Shown here: positions 58,501 to 64,000 of the stretch, piece by piece | Layout: each line of letters begins with the position of its first letter | Position numbering within the stretch: position 1 is the stretch's first letter | Made by a program: the position numbers and the translations under genes | Source: an uncultured Bacilli bacterium | Lineage (GTDB): Bacteria > Bacillota_I > Bacilli_A > RF39 > UBA660 | DNA length: 64,000 nucleotides | NCBI GenBank assembly: GCA_910583685.1 | Contig: CAJTXY010000001.1 | Span: 4,755-68,754, forward strand | Direction: 5' to 3' | Notes under the pieces: generated by a model | What the model saw: the letters and a program-made list of their open reading frames with translations, nothing else | What the model was told of the DNA's origin: nothing | The model's database searches: none

Positions 58501-59322
58501 ATGGAAAAAGCAAAATTCAAAGATTTAGATATTAGCTCTTTAGAAAAATTTAAATATCAGGGTGGCAGCAGTACTTTATTTCAAGATGGAGATATGCTTA
58601 TTAAAGTATTAGATAGGTTTTCTGATGCTGAAAAAAAAGAACTTTTAAAAAAGGCATTAAAAATGGATGGTGTTTCTCTTAAACAAGTTTTACTTCCTAA
58701 AACTCTATACACAACGGATGGTAAGTTAGAAGCCTATTCTATTGATAATTATTTAGATTCCAAGACACTTTTTGACTTTTATAATGATTGCTCCTATATA
58801 CATTGCCAAAGTCTGTTTGCTCCAGTAAGAGATGCTAGTTTTATCCTGCGAGATATTCATAAAAATGGCTTTTGTTGTAACGATGTATCCTTTGATAATA
58901 TTTTGATTAATAATAAAGGAGAAGTAAAATATACCGATTTTTTTGATAACTGTACTTTTGGCTCTTTTTCTTCTTATCATATGTCTAGATATTTTTTCCG
59001 TTTTATGTTTTTTTATCGAAGAGAACATATAGGCCCTGGCTGTAGCAACTCTGATAAGATTACTTTTCTTTTAAATTTTTATGAGTTGCTATATCAAAAA
59101 GGAATTCATAATATATCTCAAAAACAGTATCAGGCACTAGAAGAGTCATCTTTAACACTTCAAAATGCAAAAAAATATGTGGATTTATTGTTAGACAAAA
59201 GTAAGATGCTTCCTGAGATTCCTTATATGGATGAATTGATTGATAATTATGATGATTTTATAATTGATCGTAGTAGGCAATGTCCTCTTTTTACAAAAAC
59301 GATATCAAAATATAAAAAATAG
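58501..59322 (+). CDS. Protein-kinase-like fold protein (APH/CotS-like), atypical catalytic loop
   Basis: ILRDIHKNGFCCNDVSFDNILINNKGEVKYTDFFDN resembles the kinase catalytic loop H.D....N plus DFG, with Cys-Asn in place of His-Gly. RBS GGAGGAG. Confidence 0.4.
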   Translation: MEKAKFKDLDISSLEKFKYQGGSSTLFQDGDMLIKVLDRFSDAEKKELLKKALKMDGVSLKQVLLPKTLYTTDGKLEAYSIDNYLDSKTLFDFYNDCSYIHCQSLFAPVRDASFILRDIHKNGFCCNDVSFDNILINNKGEVKYTDFFDNCTFGSFSSYHMSRYFFRFMFFYRREHIGPGCSNSDKITFLLNFYELLYQKGIHNISQKQYQALEESSLTLQNAKKYVDLLLDKSKMLPEIPYMDELIDNYDDFIIDRSRQCPLFTKTISKYKK

Positions 59323-59356
59323 AAAAATAATTTTACATATTTTTCTATTTTCTTTT

Positions 59357-59674
59357 CTAGCCATTTAAATCAGAAAGCTCTACTCCTAGTGTCTGTGCTT
59401 TGGTATCAATTTTTGTACTCTCTGCTTTTTCTAACTTGTACCAGCCTTTTTGGAATGATAGTTCGAATACTTCTCTTTGCATTTGAGCAATGTTTAAAAA
59501 CATACTTTTATAGCTTTCATATAAATGTTCATTGCTTGCTTCTGTCATTGCTACTACATAATCTTTTTCCATACATTTTAAACAAGATAATAAATCTCCA
59601 AGATGATCTTTATCATTTAACTGCATTCCCTTTGGTACTTCTACTTTTGGATTTGATATTTCGTTATTATTCAT
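59357..59674 (-). CDS. Spore coat protein F (Coat_F domain)-like
   Basis: LNDKDHLGDLLSCLKCMEKDYVVAMTEASNEHLYESYKSMF...QKGWY resembles the CotF-domain pattern. Confidence 0.45.
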   Translation of the reverse strand: MNNNEISNPKVEVPKGMQLNDKDHLGDLLSCLKCMEKDYVVAMTEASNEHLYESYKSMFLNIAQMQREVFELSFQKGWYKLEKAESTKIDTKAQTLGVELSDLNG

Positions 59675-59894
59675 TAGTGCCTCCTTGATTTAATATATTT
59701 AGTATGGTCTGTGTATTGTTATGAAACATTTCACTGGCACGTCTTATTATATCTTTGATGTCATTTTCTTTCACTTGCTCTAGACAATTACTTAATTTTT
59801 TATAGGCAGAAAGGTTCCAGTTGAACATATCTGATAAATAGTCTAAGTCTTTTCCTGTAATGATATTTGGTACTTCGTTATAACTTTCTTGCAT
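59667..59894 (-). CDS. Small Coat_F-like partner protein
   Basis: ITGKDLDYLSDMFNWNLSAYKKLSNCLEQ. Start set at the ATG after AAAGGAG. 8-nt overlap with the downstream CotF-like gene. Confidence 0.35.
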   Translation of the reverse strand: MQESYNEVPNIITGKDLDYLSDMFNWNLSAYKKLSNCLEQVKENDIKDIIRRASEMFHNNTQTILNILNQGGTNE

Positions 59895-59975
59895 AAATTC
59901 ATCTCCTTTATTTTTATTATGCCTCAGAAAGTATTTATTCATACAAAAAAGAACCAACAATGCTAGTTCTTATTT

Positions 59976-60824
59976 CTAAATTACTTGAATGATAAAATAT
60001 ACAACGACTGCTAATATGGCCAGTAATAATAATATTAATACTACTTTTATTGGTGTTGAAATTTTTCTTCTATATTCATCTTCTTCATCGTCAAGACCGA
60101 AATCTTTGTCCGATAAGTCCATTGATCTTGTATAGAACGATTTATCCATATCATCTAATTCACTGTTTTTTTCTTCTTTTGCTTTTTCAAGAGGATCTTT
60201 ATCTACAATTTCTTTACTTAAATTTATATCTTCTAACTTTACGCGATCAGTGGCACTTGTTGCCATTAAATCACTTAATAGATCAACGCTCGTTGCCTTG
60301 TCAATCTCCCCACATAAGGTTTTAGAAGTAATCGTATCAATTAGATCTCTTAATTCTTCAGGATCTGGTTTTGTGCTCTTTTGTTTTTCCATACGATACT
60401 TTTCTAATTCTTCAGGATCTAGACTGGCTAATATATTATAATTTGTATTTTTTAATTTTCTTTTCTTTTCCAATTCATCTTTTTCTTCACGATGTTCTCT
60501 TGCTTCTTTTAATACACTATTAATATCATACACTCTATTCTCGTGGTCTTGATATAAATAGTTAAATTCATCTAACTCTCTTTTAACCTTTGGTTTTTCG
60601 AGAAGTTCACTGTAATCTTTAATTTGATGATACCCTTCTCTAGTTCGATAGCTTTTTGTTGCAGCATCTAAGTCGATGGCATTAGCGTTACTAACATCAG
60701 TAAAATTTGTATACTTTGTATTTCTTCCAAGATCTTGATATAACTGTTGATTTTTATCTGATCTCGATGTTCTTATATCTTGTGTTGTTTCTTCTTGATG
60801 GTAGCGTTCCATTCTACTGCGCAT
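59976..60824 (-). CDS. Highly charged protein with a single C-terminal TM anchor (tail-anchored), function unknown
   Basis: Glu/Asp/Lys-rich with a C-terminal IKVVLILLLLAILAVVVYFIIQVI. Confidence 0.4.
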   Translation of the reverse strand: MRSRMERYHQEETTQDIRTSRSDKNQQLYQDLGRNTKYTNFTDVSNANAIDLDAATKSYRTREGYHQIKDYSELLEKPKVKRELDEFNYLYQDHENRVYDINSVLKEAREHREEKDELEKKRKLKNTNYNILASLDPEELEKYRMEKQKSTKPDPEELRDLIDTITSKTLCGEIDKATSVDLLSDLMATSATDRVKLEDINLSKEIVDKDPLEKAKEEKNSELDDMDKSFYTRSMDLSDKDFGLDDEEDEYRRKISTPIKVVLILLLLAILAVVVYFIIQVI

Positions 60825-60943
60825 ATCTTCACCTTCTTACTATTTCCATTCTATCATAAGCTTTCTTAAAACAAAAGAAGTATAAGTTTTTCTTTACGTA
60901 AACATAGAATATTAGTATAATAGAATTGTAAAGGAGAAAAATT

Positions 60944-61132
60944 ATGAAAGTAAATGTTAATAAAGATGCTTGTATTGGTTGTGGGGCTTGTGCTGCCATC
61001 TGTCCTGATGTTTTCGAAATGGATGATGCGGGACTATCTACTGTTATTACAGAAGAAGTGCATTCTTCTTTAGTAGATGATGCAAAGGAAGCAATTGAGT
61101 CTTGCCCAACAAGTGCAATTGTTGAAGAATAA
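60944..61132 (+). CDS. Ferredoxin (single [4Fe-4S] cluster)
   Basis: CIGCGACAAICP ... CP motif in 62 aa. RBS AAAGGAG. Confidence 0.75.
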   Translation: MKVNVNKDACIGCGACAAICPDVFEMDDAGLSTVITEEVHSSLVDDAKEAIESCPTSAIVEE

Positions 61133-61154
61133 AAAGATGGTGTCAATATAGACA

Positions 61155-61871
61155 TCATCTTTTTTCTAGGCTATATATAATTTGAACTTCTTTTGGTGTT
61201 AATCTTCTATACTCCCCGCTTTTCAAGTTGTCTATCGTAAAGATTCCAATGCGTTTTCTTTTTAATTTCAATACTTCATACCCAACTGCGGCAAACATAT
61301 TTTTCACTTGATGGTTGTGACCTTCATGAATCGTTAATTCTACTATTGATGTATTGGTAGTAGCATCGCTTTTTCGTAGTTTCACTTTAGATGCTTGCAT
61401 TTTTCTACCCTCTACAATCATTCCCTCTTTTAGTTTTTTAATACTGTCTCCCTTTATTAAGCCTCTGATTTTAGCAATATAAACTTTATCAATTTCATAT
61501 TGAGGATGCATTATGATATTAGCGAATGTCCCATCATTGGTTAATAAAATAGCACCCGTTGTATCATAGTCTAGCCGTCCTACTGGGTAAATTCTAGTTT
61601 CTGTCTCAATTAAGTCTACTACTGTTTTTCTTTTTTTATCATCTTCTACAGAAGAAATGACACCTCTTGGTTTATTTAATAAAAAATATACGTGATCTTT
61701 TTTACTAATTAGAATATCGTCTACTTCAACTTTATCTTTTGTCGATACTTTTACTCCCAGTTCTTTGACCTTAATTCCATTTACCTTTACTCTTCCTTCT
61801 TGGATCATTACTTCGGCTTTTCTACGCGATGTTATGCCACTATTTGCAATTACTTTTTGAAGTCGTTCCAC
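61155..61871 (-). CDS. rRNA pseudouridine synthase (RsuA/RluB family) with an N-terminal S4 domain
   Basis: S4 (RLQKVIANSGITSRRKAEVMI) plus catalytic VGRLDYDTTGAILLTNDG. Confidence 0.8.
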   Translation of the reverse strand: MERLQKVIANSGITSRRKAEVMIQEGRVKVNGIKVKELGVKVSTKDKVEVDDILISKKDHVYFLLNKPRGVISSVEDDKKRKTVVDLIETETRIYPVGRLDYDTTGAILLTNDGTFANIIMHPQYEIDKVYIAKIRGLIKGDSIKKLKEGMIVEGRKMQASKVKLRKSDATTNTSIVELTIHEGHNHQVKNMFAAVGYEVLKLKRKRIGIFTIDNLKSGEYRRLTPKEVQIIYSLEKR

Positions 61872-61920
61872 TTTATCACCTCTATTTTTATTCTATCTTA
61901 ATATGTTGAAAAAGGAAATC

Positions 61921-64000
61921 CTATTTTTTCCTCTTTACAAAAGAAAATTCATTATTTCCGTTTAAGATATTTCTTACAGCTACTAGCTCTTCTATTTGTC
62001 TTTCATCGTCTGTTGGTAAAACCATCTCTTCCACACTACCATCTTTTTTAATTGCGATATACCAATCTTGTCCTTTATAGACCTCTTCATATTCAAAGAG
62101 GTAAGCGTTATCAAAGTTGTTTTCTCTTTCCAATCTTTTATGCTCTTTTTTATCCATTATTACTTTTAAGGCTCTTATCTTATTAATATCTTCCATCGAT
62201 AAGTCTTCTTTTGTTGAGATTTTATCTCTTGTTTGTCTATAAAGCATCGTTGGAGTATTTTCTTCTAAAACCATTCTGTTTTCATTTCCACCAATTAGAT
62301 AATTACTAGCTAACCAATCAACGTGTGGGAGAGAGTCTATAATTTTAGGGTTCATTACCAAGGTATAATCTTCTAAATCAATTCTGGCATCTTTTGTTAA
62401 AAAGACATAGTCAATTTTGTCACCTGCCTTTTGTGCTTTTAATAACAGTTCATTAGAAATTTGTGATAAAAATTCTTTTTTATAAAGATCCTGATATAGG
62501 CCACTTTCTCCAATAATGGATGAGCATACTATATAATTGCCTTTCCTGAAAAAAAGCATACGAGCAATAAATTCTCCTTTTATTCCTTTTATCATTAAAA
62601 CATCTGCATTTTTCTTTGTTAGTGTTTCTGTAAATGCCTCTTTTCCTTCTCCACCTGGTCCAAGGCAACTATAACTACAATTACATCCCATTAAAAGACG
62701 CATTATGTCATACATATTTCCACTTTCATATGTATACTCTTGGTAAGTTCCCAAAAGAGGTGGAATTTCCTTTTTTGTCGTCTTTAGCATTTCTAGATAG
62801 ATATCTACGTATTCTTTTGGATCATTACTTTTCTTTGCTTTATTATAACATAATATTTTTTCTATAGTCTCTTCTCCTAAAATGCTTCTTATTTCTTCTG
62901 TGGTATGACTATAAATTGTAGATAACTTTAATACCTGATGAAATCTACTTAAAATACTTTTAAGGCTCCCATCAAAATTAGGGTTCTCTTCTTTTAGGCG
63001 TTTTATAATCTGGTTTGAATATTTAAGTATATTCATCATCTCTCTTGTTTTAAATTCCTCTACTAAATTAACAATGGGTAGTAGTTCTAACCATACTTGA
63101 CTGCTTTCTTCTTCAAAAATTTCTAGGCCTGTATTTTCCTTTTTACATAATGTTAAAAGCTCTTGTAAATTTTTTTGATACCATAAATTATCACCAATTA
63201 ATAAATGGTTATAGTTATACTCTATTTTTTCTCTAAGAAGCTCTTCCTTTAACGTAAGACGTTCAGCAATTATTGGCAGCATTTTTTTATTGTACTCATT
63301 TCTAATTTCTTTTACTTCGTTTTCTGATAGAAAAAGATTACAACTTTCTTCTATATGTTCCTTTGTAAGTTTTCCTGTAAAGAATAACTTTCCTACATCA
63401 AAAAGTATCTCTTCTGGTAAATCAGATATGTTCTTTTTTAAATGCTTTTTACTTATTACTTGTTTTGATACTTCTTCTATTATTTTTATAATATCTTTAG
63501 TAGTTAATCCGAAGTCCTCCTGCTTTTTCTCTTGAAATAAAGCATTCATCTGTTTTAAGGCCATAGTTCTTTTTCGCTTTGCCTCTTGTTTGGGTGTTAG
63601 TCGAAGTGTTTGTTTCAAATCCGCTTTTATGCCTGCTTTTTCCCATCTACAAAATTCATCCTGTTGTTTATTTAGAATTTCATTAAAAAATGGGGTCGTT
63701 AATTCTTTCGATAATGTTTTATATTTCCTATAAAACATATAGAACTGAGCTAGAGTTTGTTTATAATAAGGCAATTCCTCTTTTTTATTTGTCGCCTTAT
63801 ATATTTGAATGGCCAGTTTTTCAATTTTCTCTTTCTCATTAAATCTATTCATCGCTTCAAAAGTGGCAAGAGTCGTATCACAAAGGTAGGCAATAGATGC
63901 AAAACGTTTATTTTCACTATTATTTTTATAACGTAGTAAAACACAGGCGTCCATTATTTTATCGAGCATATAAAAATAATACTCTTGAACATCTGCATTT
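61921..64000 (-). CDS. Large hypothetical protein (at least 693 aa). The reading frame stays open to the window edge, so the N-terminus may lie outside the window.
   Basis: The track ORF starts at 63969, but the frame has no stop between there and position 64000. No recognised domain. Confidence 0.45.
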   Translation of the reverse strand, partial: NADVQEYYFYMLDKIMDACVLLRYKNNSENKRFASIAYLCDTTLATFEAMNRFNEKEKIEKLAIQIYKATNKKEELPYYKQTLAQFYMFYRKYKTLSKELTTPFFNEILNKQQDEFCRWEKAGIKADLKQTLRLTPKQEAKRKRTMALKQMNALFQEKKQEDFGLTTKDIIKIIEEVSKQVISKKHLKKNISDLPEEILFDVGKLFFTGKLTKEHIEESCNLFLSENEVKEIRNEYNKKMLPIIAERLTLKEELLREKIEYNYNHLLIGDNLWYQKNLQELLTLCKKENTGLEIFEEESSQVWLELLPIVNLVEEFKTREMMNILKYSNQIIKRLKEENPNFDGSLKSILSRFHQVLKLSTIYSHTTEEIRSILGEETIEKILCYNKAKKSNDPKEYVDIYLEMLKTTKKEIPPLLGTYQEYTYESGNMYDIMRLLMGCNCSYSCLGPGGEGKEAFTETLTKKNADVLMIKGIKGEFIARMLFFRKGNYIVCSSIIGESGLYQDLYKKEFLSQISNELLLKAQKAGDKIDYVFLTKDARIDLEDYTLVMNPKIIDSLPHVDWLASNYLIGGNENRMVLEENTPTMLYRQTRDKISTKEDLSMEDINKIRALKVIMDKKEHKRLERENNFDNAYLFEYEEVYKGQDWYIAIKKDGSVEEMVLPTDDERQIEELVAVRNILNGNNEFSFVKRKK

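Noticed and set aside
60829-61158. 109-aa minus-strand ORF overlapping the ferredoxin gene
   Set aside because: It is antisense to a clear ferredoxin ORF that has a good RBS (AAAGGAG). Low-complexity translation.
1-64000. CRISPR arrays, rRNA operons, IS elements/transposases
   Set aside because: No regularly spaced direct repeats, no rRNA-like conserved blocks, and no transposase/integrase-like ORFs were recognised anywhere in the window.

Overview
This window is a low-GC (roughly 30% GC) Firmicutes chromosome segment. Almost every gene in 1..42,600 is on the minus strand.

Core content (translation/RNA):
- pheS (partial) preceded by a T-box leader; frr; tsf; rpsB; and the infC-rpmI-rplT operon with a structured L20-type leader and attenuator.
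- tRNA-Pro(UGG), tRNA-Gln(CUG) and tRNA-Met(CAU).
- Archaeal-type proS, ybaK and gltX.

Core content (division and cell wall):
- A division/cell-wall (dcw) cluster that is co-oriented but broken into three blocks: [pbp-mraY] ... [ftsW] ... [murG-murB-divIB-membrane protein-ftsA-ftsZ].
- Elsewhere: sepF, a DivIVA-like gene, xth, mutY, an SDR, two two-component systems, a ferredoxin and a pseudouridine synthase.

Accessory content inserted between the dcw blocks:
- About 10 kb carrying two tandem modules. Each module is a SipW-type (archaeal/ER-like S26B) signal peptidase, then a small secreted protein with a SipW-cognate N-terminal motif, then a giant multi-domain surface protein (Ig-like or cadherin-like repeats). 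A classical LepB signal peptidase sits between the modules.
- About 6 kb carrying two clear TasA/camelysin-family paralogues next to a hybrid histidine kinase plus Hpt-REC phosphorelay.

Other notable items:
- A further SipW-cognate-like secreted protein whose promoter spacer contains a 22-nt homopolymeric A/T tract (candidate phase-variation switch).
- Rho_N-like C-terminal modules duplicated on ribosomal proteins S2 and L20.
- A stand-alone HerA-family ATPase next to sepF.
- An orphan MvaI/BcnI-family restriction endonuclease next to tRNA-Pro.
- A CotF-like gene pair.

No CRISPR array, rRNA or obvious transposase was seen.
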